Of a stretch of DNA of 64,000 bases, positions 40,894-53,850 are shown piece after piece (the stretch's first letter is position 1; every line of letters begins with the position of its first letter). The notes beneath the pieces were generated by a model. The model ran no database searches and was not told the DNA's origin. It saw only the letters and a program-made list of their open reading frames with translations. Both the position numbers and the translations under genes were made by a program. Origin of the DNA: Paramecium tetraurelia (Eukaryota); assembly GCA_000165425.1 (NCBI GenBank), contig CT868047.1:62001-126000 (forward strand). The letters are read 5' to 3'.

Positions 40894-42255
40894 TCAAATA
40901 AAATCTTCATCTTCATCCTTCCAATCTTCCTATTACACCAAATAATCCATGTCTATTTTGAATCGTAAAAATCCTCCCAATCCACTAAAACCTTTCATAA
41001 ATTGATTTCCTTCAACACTGTGATCTGTAATTAATTGGAAATCTAATCCATAATCCTTAAATTTCTCAGACAGATGCTCAACCAGATCCTCCTTTACTGA
41101 AATGACAAACTATTCCCCATTCTTCTCCTCAATTAAACTGCCTGGTTCATATCCCTCGTTTCCTTTCACGTATTTAATTGCTTTTTCTAAAAAATAACAT
41201 GTGATATCATACATTCAGTCTATTTGCTCTAACATTCCAAACGTAAATACTAAAGAGTGTCTACACAGACTAAAGTTTTGATTGTCTATGACTCAACAGC
41301 TCTCATCGTGTCCTAAACACCATACACCACCAAACCTGTATCTTTATCGATGTTTTCAAAGAACTATCCTACCAGATTCTTTTCTCTGATATATTTGACT
41401 TCCAACAAGGACTCTTAACTCAATTAAACTGCTTGATTCAATCCCTATTCACCACCGTAATTGATGTCCACAATTGAAATAATCAATGGTTATAATCTCT
41501 TATCAAAGAATTGACTTCCAGCTAAGTCGTTTTTGAAATCAGCTGAACCTGCCAAGACCAAACCCTTCACATTGGGTCTGTCCTCAGCAATGAAACAGGT
41601 CGTGGCTGTTTCACATACCTTTCTTAAGTAATTATGTCTTTTTTCCATACGGAGACGTGCAAATCTGACTGAAGATTGACCTCCCTTGTTGTGCTTCTTT
41701 GGCAAATCAACGTCAAAGGATTTGATAATTTACTTGCTGTTTCCTTGGATTGTGGCAAACAAGGATCCATTACCATCCATGATGATGAATCCAAAGGGGG
41801 GATCAATGTTTAGCAGTGCCCTTAGTTCTTCCACGTGGAATTGGGGATCACAAAAATAGAGAGACAAATCCAAAGGTCTGTATGGTTCAATGACAACTGA
41901 AATTTTCTTCTCTCCTTTGCCATCTGCTTATTACACAATACCACAAAAAACCACTAATCCATTATTTGGAGCCTTATTGTATGGTCTTAGTCCTTGAATA
42001 GATAATGTATATACTTAGTATGGCTGCTTAAATAGCTTCTTGCACAGATATTCTGTTTCCTTTGTCCTTAATGGATGCTGCTTCTGCATATTAGGTATTG
42101 AGTCTATTCGTGATATCTGAAATGATTCTTTTTGGAGGAATATACACAGACACAACACTTGTGCCAGCAGTTCTTTCTTGACTCAAAGTTTTGATGAGTT
42201 TCTTAAGTCTGAATTGTTCAAGTGCTATTTCAGCATCGCTAAGTTTCTAATCCAT
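40894..42255 (-). CDS. eRF1: Eukaryotic release factor 1, Paramecium-type
   Basis: [19 protein letters not shown] (in place of TASNIKS), [52 protein letters not shown]. Confidence 0.97.
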
Positions 42256-42344
42256 AATTAAATAAATTATTCAAATAAATTATACTCAGATATTCCAATT
42301 TAATTATGACAATATTTAATTATATTATTAATATGAATAACAAT

Positions 42345-43460
42345 TCATTCTCCACCAACTGCTTACTCAATAAACCATAAACTTGATACAAATGCTATGG
42401 CAACCAAAAAGATTATGTACTTTTCCCATTTGTACTGTGAAATTGAAAACTCCTCTGTCAATGTCTCCATGGTTGAAATGTAAATAAATGTCCCAACTGA
42501 GATCGATACAAATATCCCAGTGTACAATGGCCCTTTGTCTGCCATGATCCATCCAATTCCTATCCCAACCGGATTCATTATAGCCTGAATCATTATCATG
42601 TAGGTTGATGTCGTCTTATTTACCCCTGCTTTCCTAAACGCAAGACCCAACGTCATCCCTTCAGCCTATAATATAATTTCACATTTCTAATTACCCATTT
42701 GTGACAACAAACCACCACGGCTATCCCTATACACAAAGAGACCTCCTCCTGAATGCCTATTGACAATCCCTCAAAAACCGCATGGATACCCACAGCTATT
42801 TATAAGATGTAAGGAGCCCATGTATTGACATCCTAATAAACTATTGAATTTTTAGGATCTTGTGCTATTGATTTTCTCACCATTTGTACGAATGAGGCTT
42901 TCTTTGCTACAATTAACTAACAAAATTGACAATTTTAATACCTAAGTGTTGAGAGCATCCTTGAATGTTTCCTCAGTATCCTTTTTGTTGCTAACAAAGC
43001 TTCTGCATCCACACTCCCATTCACAAATAGTTGATTTTAATCTTATATCTAAGTATTTTTAGAATTGCTCCCGTGATGATGGAGGTCCTCATCGTGTCCG
43101 TGATCGTGATGATGATCTGTTATTATTTTTTCAATAAAAAGGATCAGAGCAAAACTAGCTATAGATATTGCATATGCAAATGGAAAATGCTCCTCATCGT
43201 CATCAAAAGATTATTCAAAGTTCTCTGCTGCCTCTGGTAACAAATGAACCAAACCTACTGCCAGAAATAGACCCCCAGAAAATGCCCCCATGTATGCCAA
43301 AAGTTTCTATCCGTTCATGATTTACTTGTACCTTATTTGACTTGAATGCTTTGAGTCTTATTGGGAGACTACCCACAATAAGAATTAACATAAAAAAGGT
43401 GATCATGCATCCCACTTTGGTGATTGCAAGAACAACTTGATTCGAATCGTCATCACTCAT
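42345..43460 (-). CDS. ZIP (SLC39) zinc/metal transporter
   Basis: GGLFLAVGLVHLLPE, His loop DHHHDHGHDEDLHHHG, GIHAVFEGLSIG, HKW-AEG, GTFIYIS. Confidence 0.92.
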
Positions 43461-44511
43461 TGATTTAATTAAATGCCAACATTATACTATATTTATGATT
43501 CTTATAATAACTCTTCATTAAACTATGAATCACTTTCTATATCCAATCTATGAACCAACAAATTACCCCCCCCCCATATATTCTACTCATTCAAATAATA
43601 TTACTATACTCAAACACTTTTGTTGATTCCTAATATTATCATAGATAGAAGTGTTGAATTGAAATTGCATATCTATATATTGGATCTAAATAGAACTATT
43701 AGTAAACTGGAGATTTCAAAATCACAACAAAATGGTATAATTATGCATTAATAGTTTATCAACATATAAAAGTCAAAATAAATTCTGTATTTAAATGAAA
43801 AGTTATTCTCTCACATCTAAATTCAGATTTTCTGTTGACTTTAATTATCATACAATATAGTCAGTATCTGATTATGCTAAAAGTAGGATTGATAGAAGTA
43901 CTTTACTAAGATTATGCTAAATTATACACTCAAATTTCTCAGATATGCTATATTATTTTACACATATTCTAAAAATATGAATTGTAATAATTTGCTAATG
44001 AAAGAAGACTCAAAAAGACTCAAAAACCTTCAGATTTTCAAGATAGAGAGAGGGGATTTTATATAAGTGATGGATTTACATATAATTATTTATATACAGT
44101 GATCAAGTTTAAATCTAATATTAGTGTATTTTGTGTATGCTTATAACAATAAATGCACTAATCCTTGGTTGCTATATGAAATGCAAGAATAATTCAGAAT
44201 AAGAATAAAAAATTGCAGAAAATTGATATTTCAAGAGAAGCAAGGAACAATTTCAAAAAGAGACTTGTGAAGGATTAGAAAATTATAATTTGATTCCTTC
44301 ATAAATATCAAAATATAAGGCTAAAATTTTTGAATCCTTTTTAAATAATGACTATTTAGTTAAGCTAAGTAGTATGATGAATCATTCAGGATATTCTATA
44401 AAATGGAAAAAGTAATAAGGAGATGGATAAACCTTAAAATTAAGTGAATTTTAATTATAATGAATATTGTATATTTATAAATATATATTAATTATATAGA
44501 AAGAAATACTG

Positions 44512-45642
44512 TCACTCTTCAATTTTTACTTTCTATTTTAATTTACTTCTTTCTAAATAATAGACAGGGTTGAGATGAAACTATTTAAAGCATTTAATTG
44601 TACAAAGCGTTACATTTATTTTATAGTATTTATGACAGCTTTCACAAATAAAACTTGATTTGTGGACTTTTTGATTATTCTATTTTTAACACACTTTACA
44701 TCTATTATAACAATTGTACACATACTTCTAGGAATGCAGACCTCTCATAGGGAAATGCAGATTCTTTTCATCCTTGAAAGGAGCTAAATGTGTTGAAATC
44801 ACTTATTTAATTAATTTTGTTGCTTTAATTTTTTTTGTGTATTTTTTAGGGTATTAATTTTGTTAGATTAGTTGGAGATTAAAGATCATGGTATCAGTCT
44901 CTTAATAGGTAAATTTAGGCAAATTTACAAGTAATCTAGCTAAATAATAGATAGAATTTGGTATATCATGTATTAATGTAACATCTTTTATTAAAGAATA
45001 TATGTTATACATTTTTACATATTACTCGTTCTAATCTAATTACTTAGCAAATTTCTCGTGGATCTCATCTACTTTTTTTAATTAATTTAAAGTGAATTTC
45101 TCATAGTCTTCTAGTTTTTCATTATCCTACTAATATTTAAGGATCACATGTTAATTGGAATGTTTAATCGTCAAATAACCATTCGACGAATTGGCTTAAT
45201 CTGTATTCTTTATCCAGATGAAAGCCTTACAGCTGGGATGAGGTAATTCTAACAATCGAAGTGCATGCTGAATTGTTTCTTTTTGTTCTCCCAAGAAATC
45301 TGGACCATAATTTTTAAAATGCAAGCAAACGAAAATCCTATTAACAAGAATTTCAAGAAGAAAGAGCTTAATAGCATCATAGTACCCATTTTCTTTGGAT
45401 TTAAGTTAATCTACATCAAATTGTTGTTGTTTAATAAGAGTGGAAGAGTTGGAATTGTAAGCATAAAGGAATATTGAGTTAATTTCTGATATAAGTCTTT
45501 AGAAAACTATTATTGTAACAAAATTGTTATCCTCTGACTCATATTTATTAGACAATTGTATTTTTGATTAATAGGCTAATTTTACATATAATGCAGCCTC
45601 GACGGTGTCCATAATATAAGCAACATCAGCAGATGAACTCAT
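44512..45642 (-). CDS. Intronless 376-aa protein with C-terminal piggyBac-transposase-type cysteine-rich domain
   Basis: Open frame MSSSADVAY...KVKIEE-TGA. C-term LHFP...RCKVC...SSFICESC...VTLCTIKCFKQFH at 44575-44757. Confidence 0.8.
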
Positions 45643-46540
45643 CTATTTATCTTTAATATTTTTTAATCAAATTTCACTCAGTGTTAATTTAAATAACTAA
45701 AATCAAATATTCATACATCCCCCGAGAAATATGTTTTTTCAATTCAGCCCTTAAATTTTTGGGCCATACTATTTATGAAGCAAAATAGAACGTGTATAAT
45801 TTACTGTAATATTAAATCATATTCAATGAATTGCATTTTATTAGAATGATTTTTGTGCTGTGATAATAATTTGATTAATATTCTCTAATCAGCAAATCTT
45901 TGATTTATTTCCTAGAATTCATAATCTAAATAAATTATATCCTTTCTAATAATTCCAGTGTTATAGGTCTCACTTATTTGAAGTAACCAAACACATTAGA
46001 TTCAGAAGATCCAATTTCAATTAATCATACATTTGTATTCCCTCAAAAGCTTACTACTTTCTTTATGGATATACTATTTTATCTTAAAAACTAAAATATA
46101 ACAATTTTCCCATTTTCCATAAAAAAGCTTCTACTACTTTCTTTTCAAGTATTTTTACATATATTTTATATTTTTATTTTCATATTTATATACATAAGCA
46201 TACTAAATAATTCATTTATTTTTTGTTTTTAAATAAAATTTATAAACTTGAAATAAGAATTTCTTTACATCAGACACACACTTTTATATATATTATTTTT
46301 AATAATTCTATTTCCTATGCAACATAATTAACCTGCATATTATGTTACTGTTATAAAACTCAATAATAACAAGTAATGTGTGAATGTAGTTTTAAAATTA
46401 TTTAGAGACTGATCCACCTAGAAGTCTAATTAGAATGTTGATTCTTGTGTAAGTCAACATTCTAATTATTATACAATCATACTCTAGTTAGTTATCTATT
46501 AAATTAATTAAAAAACTTTGATATATTATATTAAGAAAGT

Positions 46541-49191
46541 ATGTAAAATGAGATAGATTAAATACACAGTCCCTTACTAAAAAATGATAGAGAATCAGAA
46601 CAGAGAGCGTAAATGATAGAGATGCAAGTCTTTAGGAGTTTGAATTAGAATGATTTAGAGAAACATTAGAAAAAAGATGAAATATTAGAAATTGAATCAA
46701 ATAAATTATAATAGATATTGGAAGCAAAAAGTTAATGGAAAACACTCCTAAAAGGATGGAAGAAAGATGGAAATAAATAATAGTAAAATGATGATAATTA
46801 TTTTGGATTTTAATATAATAAATTATTAGAAATCTTTGATCTGAATTAAATAATTAAAGAGGCTCAAAGCTCTTTATAAAAACATGATCAAGAGAAGGAC
46901 TTGATAGAGAAAAGATTGAAAATTTAGATTGAAAAATTAAATTAATTGGGAGGTATTTATGGTCTACAGAACTTTTTGAAAACTTGTATAAAGCAGGGTT
47001 TGGATGATACGAATGATTACGATTTGAAAATGAGAGAGAAATATTTTGGTAAGAATGAGAAACCTCAAATAGCAATAAAAAGTGTACTACAAATAATAAT
47101 TGAATAATTTCAAAAGGAAAGGTTGTTTTAATTATTATTGATAATAACAACTATTAACTTAATAATCTATTTCCATGAGAATGTGTAGATTTACTCATTG
47201 TACATAATAATGCTAATAATAATGGTAGTGTATAAAGGAGTGATAAAATAACAGTATAATAAGGAGATAGTGTAGCATTAAAACGACATCAAGGAGAGGA
47301 GTAAACATTTAATAAAGAGATGTAATGTATTAAGAAATGGAGATGACTCAATTTAGATTCATAATAGTTAATTGGTGGTTGGAGACATATTGATTTTCAA
47401 GCAAGGAGATTTCATATAATGTGATGGTATAATCACTAAGCTATCAAATTGCAATGGAATCGAAGTATTGCAACCATTCCCTAATCTTTTTAACACTCAC
47501 GAGGTTAAAAACGTAGATGAAGTAAAAGATTTACAAGTTATGCATGATGAATAGATGCAGCCTAATATATGTCTGATTGATAATTTCATTTTTGCTGGTT
47601 CTCAAATAATAAAGGGGTCTCTGGACAATTGCTAGTGTGTAGTGTTGGGTAGAAATCATCTGATTACATATAGTACAAGTAGTCCTTTTTGGAGGACACA
47701 AAAACAGAAAAATAAAGAACAACTTATTTGAAATAGAATTCTATGTATAATCCTTTTGCTTTTAAAATTGAATCACTCATGAATAAAATTGGAATACAAT
47801 GCATAATCAGTCTACTTATTTTACTGATAATATTGCTATTCAGGAATACTTATTTAATTAATATTACTCAAATTCTTTTGTATTTGTCATAGCTATCAAT
47901 AATTACTATACCATCTTAACTACTCCAATTGATAAACTTGTTTATGATCTATGTAATAAAGAAATGCAGACAAAGAAGTATTTATATCTAGGACTATTTA
48001 TCGTTGTATTGGTTGGGGTAAGTTAATGAAATAATTATTGATAAAATAGATAACAAAGTTTCAATGTTCAATAAATCATAAATAAATATTAGATATTTCA
48101 CCCAATCGCAATTAGAGGATGCATAAAAAATAGCAATTCAAACAGATCTTGTGAAAGAGGATGAAGTAAATGATAGGTATATCGAAGGTAATTTGTTAAG
48201 CAGTAGTTTCGAATAGAAAAACAAATTTATGTTTCTGAGTAGAAGACTTGTTTGCCCAACTTTGGATCATTTAAAATTAGAAAGGATTTAGTCAAGTAAG
48301 ACATTGGAGTGGCTAGAATAACAGAAATAGAAATTCTAGTTTTAAGGAATTGTTGATTAATAAAAGCTGTATGAGGAGATTAAAAATAAGAACATTATCA
48401 TTGGAGGAAATGCTGATAGAAAAGAACAATTGATAAATTTACTTAAACTCTATGACAAAATTATATTCATAAAGGGAGAAGAAAATGATGGCAAAGCTAT
48501 GGAAATGGCCCATGTTAGTATTGGACCTCATGAGTCTAGATCATGCATCAAACTGTTCAATCATCTAGAGTAAAGCGATCATAGTTACATATCATCCATG
48601 TATGAATGCATCAGTTAAGGGAGGGCAGTTTATTTTTATATTCTGTCATATTCTTATGCTTTGGCTTGCACTTCATAAACCATCATGATCTTTGCAATCT
48701 CTTCAGCCATTTTATCTGATGATATTTTTATTATGCCTATTCCAACTTTCATCATTTTCTATCTCACTTTGAATCATTTTTCACATTAGATTTAAAAACA
48801 ATGCAATTAGGATGTCTAGACCTACGTAATGCATCGAAGTCCCTATACGAAGTAGGGTAGAATTATTGATAGACATACAATGAGGAAACTATACAAATTG
48901 CATTCCATTTTAATTGTTGAGTTACTTATCGCTTCTTACTATGGCTTTTTTCAATCTGTTTAGGATATCTACATTGGATTATTATTTAGCAAACATGTCT
49001 TTATTATGGTTAGACCTATTAAATAAGTGTTACAATAAATTGAAGGCATTATATATGGATTATTAATCAATCTAATCAATTAATTCATAACTTATTCAAA
49101 TTAAGATTATCAAAGCATCTCAATACTCTTAAGAAACTATTCAATTGGTTTAATTGTTGTAGCATTTAATTTATTTGTTGGTTATAGATGA
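46541..49191 (+). CDS. Degenerate PMCA-like (P2B) P-type ATPase homologue lacking the N domain; one 2-nt frameshift
   Basis: LGGIYGL..LKT...MREKYFGKN, VLRNG..LVVGDIL..GDFIQCDG, IPSQL (for VPEGL), DKIDN (for DKTGT), KGEENDGKAMEMAHVSIG, SQGRAVY. Extra CT at ~47619-47622. Confidence 0.75.
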
Positions 49192-49257
49192 TCGCAATAT
49201 ATCATTTTAATAATAATTAATAAATTTGATATCTGTTTAATGATTTTTACATTTAAA

Positions 49258-50198
49258 TCATTTTTATTCTTGCTATTATTCATTTTCAAGTTATTGATTT
49301 TAATCGGCTCCTTCCTCTTAATCCTCTATTTCTTCCTAATTATCATTGTCTTCCTCATATTCCTCATCTTGCTCATCTACCTATTAAGTATTTTTGAGTT
49401 TCTGCATCCTCGATAATTTATCCAAAAAATCAACATTGATACCAAACTCAGGTAGACTCTTTTTACATAGGTTTTTTATTGATTCCAATTATTTTACAAT
49501 CTTTTGATTCTCCTCACTTATCAAATCTCTCTCTACTTATTATTATTATAATAACTCCTTATACTAATTCATTAGTTTCTCTTTCTAGGCAATTTCCTTT
49601 GAGCAAAACTCCTCTGTTTGGATCATGTCTTTCAGTAATGTTTCTTTTTCTACGAGTTTAGCTTTTTTATCATTCAACTCTTTCCATGCTTATCTATTGA
49701 TTATATAGATTCTTACTGCATTTATGTCTCCATTTATTTCTTGATATCAGCAATCTAGAAAGTAGTATTTCCACTTGAATAATAATTTTTTAAGGAATCC
49801 TCATTATTTTCAATTTCCTTTTCAAAGTCTTTTAATTTCTTTTCATATTGGATTTCAAGAGAACCGATTTAAGTACTCCACTTTTCTTCTTGTTTGGCTA
49901 GAAATTGCTTTTTGGTTTCAATAATTGATTCCAATTCACAAAGTTCTTGCTTTAATTCCTATGAGGCATTGGAGTGGTCTGAAATGCCACCGATGATAGA
50001 TTAGGTCGATTTAATCTGTTTCATCTCTTTTTTAATAAATGCTTTACATGAATAGGGAATGATGTCTGTTCTGTGTTATTTCAATTTTTAATGTACTTTC
50101 TATTCACATGAGTAACACATCTTTTCATTACAATCTATACACTGGATTGTAGCTGGATTTATTTGGCATTTTGGACATATCCTTAGAATATTAGACAT
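49258..50198 (-). CDS. B-box zinc finger + coiled-coil protein
   Basis: CPKCQINPATIQCIDCNEKMCYSCEQKVHQKLKQH followed by coiled coil. Confidence 0.8.
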
Positions 50199-50304
50199 TA
50201 TTATTTAATTAAAATAAAATTTAGAATTAAGTTGAATGACTAATATCAAATTTTATAATTTAGAAACAATTTATTATACAAAATAGAAATCAGGGGTTCA
50301 TTCT

Positions 50305-50635
50305 TCATCTTTTGTTTTTTGTAATCTTTCTCTTGAATAACAAAACGTATGGTTCCTTCTCAAAAATTGCATAGTGCAACCATCCTCGACTCTACTACAC
50401 TTTCAGCTTTCTCCATTCTTTCTCTTTGAGAAGTCTTTCTAGAAAATAATAAGGAAAAATTACATTCCCACTTGTAATCTTGCATGAGTTTGACCGATTC
50501 CTTGCCCAATCTGATAATGCGATATACGTGAGTGTCATCTTCATAATCTTAGGATATCTAATTTGTGAGTGGATAATTATCTTTTTATTTGTTCTCAAAG
50601 ACATTCAACACCTTTTCTTGTGAATTTTTTTCCAT
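50305..50635 (-). CDS. Cks/Suc1-like CDK regulatory subunit
   Basis: SQDYEDDTHVYRIIRL...[35 protein letters not shown]. Confidence 0.85.
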
Positions 50636-50897
50636 TTTTTAAATTATTTAATTACCATAATGTTAAATTCTACATGACAAATTGATTTTCTGATCAGACT
50701 TAATGTATTTCTGTTGATATTAAGGATCATAAGACTAAGAATGCATTTATAGTAAGAACTAAGATAATTTATCTATTGGATTGGAGAGTATTTACAATTG
50801 ATGACATTATTGTGGAGGGAGAGTAGAATATATTGAATTGAGCAGAGAGAGAGTAAAAATATTGAAAAATTTAGTAATTACATATATAAAAATAATT

Positions 50898-52205
50898 ATG
50901 CAAAATAAAGAAGTTTTACAAAGAGTTTTTGACTTCTATTGCAAACAATAATATATTTAGGGATAGTTCGCCAGCTTTGAAAGATAATAATATGAGGCAT
51001 CTATTTTTACTATTGGTAAGTGGATGCATTTCTGTAGAGATTTTTAAGTGAAAATAAATAGTTCAAGGTTACTAGAGCTATTCAAAAAGTAAGCCAAAAA
51101 TTCGAAGGAACTTGATTTTGATTAGTTTATTTAATTGTTAAATGTCTTAGCAGTTGAGGAAGGACATGATTGTGGATAATACTAAGCAAATTTAGGATTA
51201 GACAACTGGAAGGTTTGTGTTTCAAAAATGAAAACCTTCCAAAGGCCCTTTTAAATGAAAGAGTAATCTGAAAGGATTAAAGATATCAAATATCAATTTA
51301 AAATATATCACCCAGAAGTCAAAAATGATGAATAAATCAAATAAATTTTATTATAAAGAAAACAATAAAATGAATAATTAAAGCTCATAGAAAGAAAAAA
51401 GAAAGCCTTTTATAAGTTGTAATTTGAATTAAAGCATTATACTAAATCTTAACTTTTAATAAAATACCCAACCTTAAAGGAACTTATTGAAAAACTACCA
51501 GATCCTTCCAAGACTAAGACTCTTTCAAGTTAAACCAAGGAACATGATTAAAGTGTGAACATATCCCAATAAATGTAATCTGCTCTTACATGGGAAAATC
51601 TCAATCATTTCCCACTGGCAACAGACTTTATTAATGATTTAATGGAATAAGAAGGGGAGGATGACGATTAATATTTGAAGGAATATTAGGAGTAGAGAGG
51701 ACTTGAGAATTCTCAAAAAATAGCTATTTCAAAAAATAGATAACCTAGTAATTTGGATTATCGCAATGAGAGATAACAAAGGTCTGTCTCAGATCATAAA
51801 TAAATTATCAAGGGTTAACGTTATGATGAACAACTGCACTCAATGGAAAGACAATACGATTAAAATAAGATGTCCAAGCTGAAAACGACAAGCAATACTT
51901 CAGAGGGCAATAATTACACATCCTTACAATACATTGATTCTAGTTTAATCAGATAACAAATACTAAAACAATAAAGATAGCAATTGCAGAATCACAACTA
52001 TTCAGTTGAATTGCCAAGGTAGAACTTATCATAAGGATATCCAGAAATTCTTATTGTGAAAGAGAAGCCTACTACAAGCAAATTGAATATTTCAATGTTA
52101 AAGAGAGTGCAATAGCTCTCTGGATTGGAAGCCATTAAGGAGTAGAACTTGCTCAACAAGATTATTTCTTAGTAGAGAGAGAAAACCAAAATTGCCTAGA
52201 AATGA
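50898..52205 (+). CDS. Hypothetical protein with N-terminal EF-hand-like helical domain
   Basis: MQNKEVLQRVFDFYCKQ...KWMHFCRDF...LELFKK; long Q-rich C-terminus. Confidence 0.6.
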
Positions 52206-52263
52206 CTCTAGTAACTTATTTATATATTTTCCATTTTGTTTTATATAATATTATAATAAATCA

Positions 52264-53417
52264 TCATTTGAGAATGATGTTTAACTTCTAATTCTTAAAT
52301 TCATAATCTGAAAATACTGCCATTATTTTGAGCGTATCTGCAATTGAACACATTGATAGCTGAAGACTATTTACATGGATTTTGATGTCTATAGATATTA
52401 ATTATTTTTGGATTACCTTTGATTTTGGCAAACATTTTGATTAATTCCGAGATTTCCGTAGGATCTTAGACTCCTGTGATTATGAGATTAGGTGAGAGTG
52501 GCATAATTTTCTATGTACAGTTTTCATTGTAGTAAATCATATATTCATCTTGTAAGGAAGTTGGCTATAAAGGTTGTAAGGGTTCAAAGTAGATACGCAA
52601 CTAGACGATAGATAAGGGATTGTTACTATTGAATCAAAGAATTGAGTGTTATTGAGATATTCTTTAGCTATGGTTGCTTAATTAAAGGTCTAGAATTTGA
52701 CGTAAGCCTTCTACTATTGTTTCTAGTAGAGAATCTCTTCAATGTTACCAAATTTAGAAAACACATTGTAAATCATCTTAGCAGTTACTTTAGAATCTAC
52801 TGATGCGATTCTGAGTAGTTTAGATTGCTTCTATCTTAGTAGTGTTTGTATTTCTGGATGCATATCAGTTAAATTAAGTTGAATCTCCTATTTCCAAATA
52901 TCAAAATCATCATCATCATAATCAAGCAATCGATTGATATCCTCATTTCTGACTGGACTTGAGTTGGCCCTGGAAGATGAACTTTGACTAATATGATTGG
53001 TTAAGTTGACTCGGATGTTGTCGTCTGTTTTAGAATGAAGAATAGAATCTGAATTTTGACTATTGCTGCTAGCTTAGGTATAATCCGTTCCTCTTGAATT
53101 ATCCACGATTTCGAGATTAAGATTTTTAAGTCGAGAGTAATGGATTATCATTCTATATACAAATTAAATTAATACTTGCCTCCTTGGATGTTCAACCCAT
53201 TCAATTGCTTTCTGGCTGAGATGGCACTCTTTAAATTGTGATATTCCACAAAAGCCTTGTTTGTCTTTCCTCTTTCGAAAATCAGTATTTTCTTAATGTC
53301 TCCAAACTCATTAAACTTCTTGTGCAAGAACTCATTCGTCAAGGGAAAGGATGGGGGTAATTAAGTTAGAATGAGTAGAAGAATTTAACTTGGAGGATCT
53401 CTGGAATTATTATACAT
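52264..53417 (-). CDS. Multi-RRM RNA-binding protein (PTB/hnRNP-L-like)
   Basis: TNEFLHKKFNEFGDIKKILIF...KAFVEY; KMIYNVFSKFGNIEEI...AYVKF; third RRM near the C-terminus. Confidence 0.8.
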
Positions 53418-53850
53418 TAAAATTTAATTAAAAATAAACCATAGGAATTTCTAAAGTATGCCAAAATCTTATTATAAGAATGAGCAGTTAAATCTTAACC
53501 CTCCTATTCTCCAATTCTTTTTTTATTAATAAACTTATTTAATTTCCAATGACGTAATTATTAAATTTGCTTATATTTCTAAAATATTAATTATCACATT
53601 TCCAATATCAAATAACTTTCAACCTCATTATTTAGTGGTTACAAAAACTGTCATCTGTAAAGCACCTCTCAAAACTCATAATCATTCTTGATCTAGAAAT
53701 TCGAATTAGCTCCATTGATTCAATTGGACATTCGTATAATTTAGCTAATAAATGTGTATGATTTCACTAAGAATAAGCTAAGGTCTAATAATGTATAACG
53801 ATAGTATTATAAAATAATATAATATTCGTAATCCGTATATAGATATTGTT

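Noticed and set aside
43566..43575. C10 run upstream of the ZIP gene
   Set aside because: Isolated homopolymer, not a telomeric C4A2/C3A3 repeat; no function inferable.
44000..46500. Autonomous piggyBac element around the CRD gene
   Set aside because: No convincing terminal inverted repeats or catalytic core seen. TTAA sites are ubiquitous in this DNA and uninformative.
47598..47614. 17-nt GT..AG intron that would repair the ATPase frameshift
   Set aside because: Shorter than the other introns here and would remove residues aligning to the conserved PMCA GT.VMEGSG segment. Not fully excluded without RNA reads.
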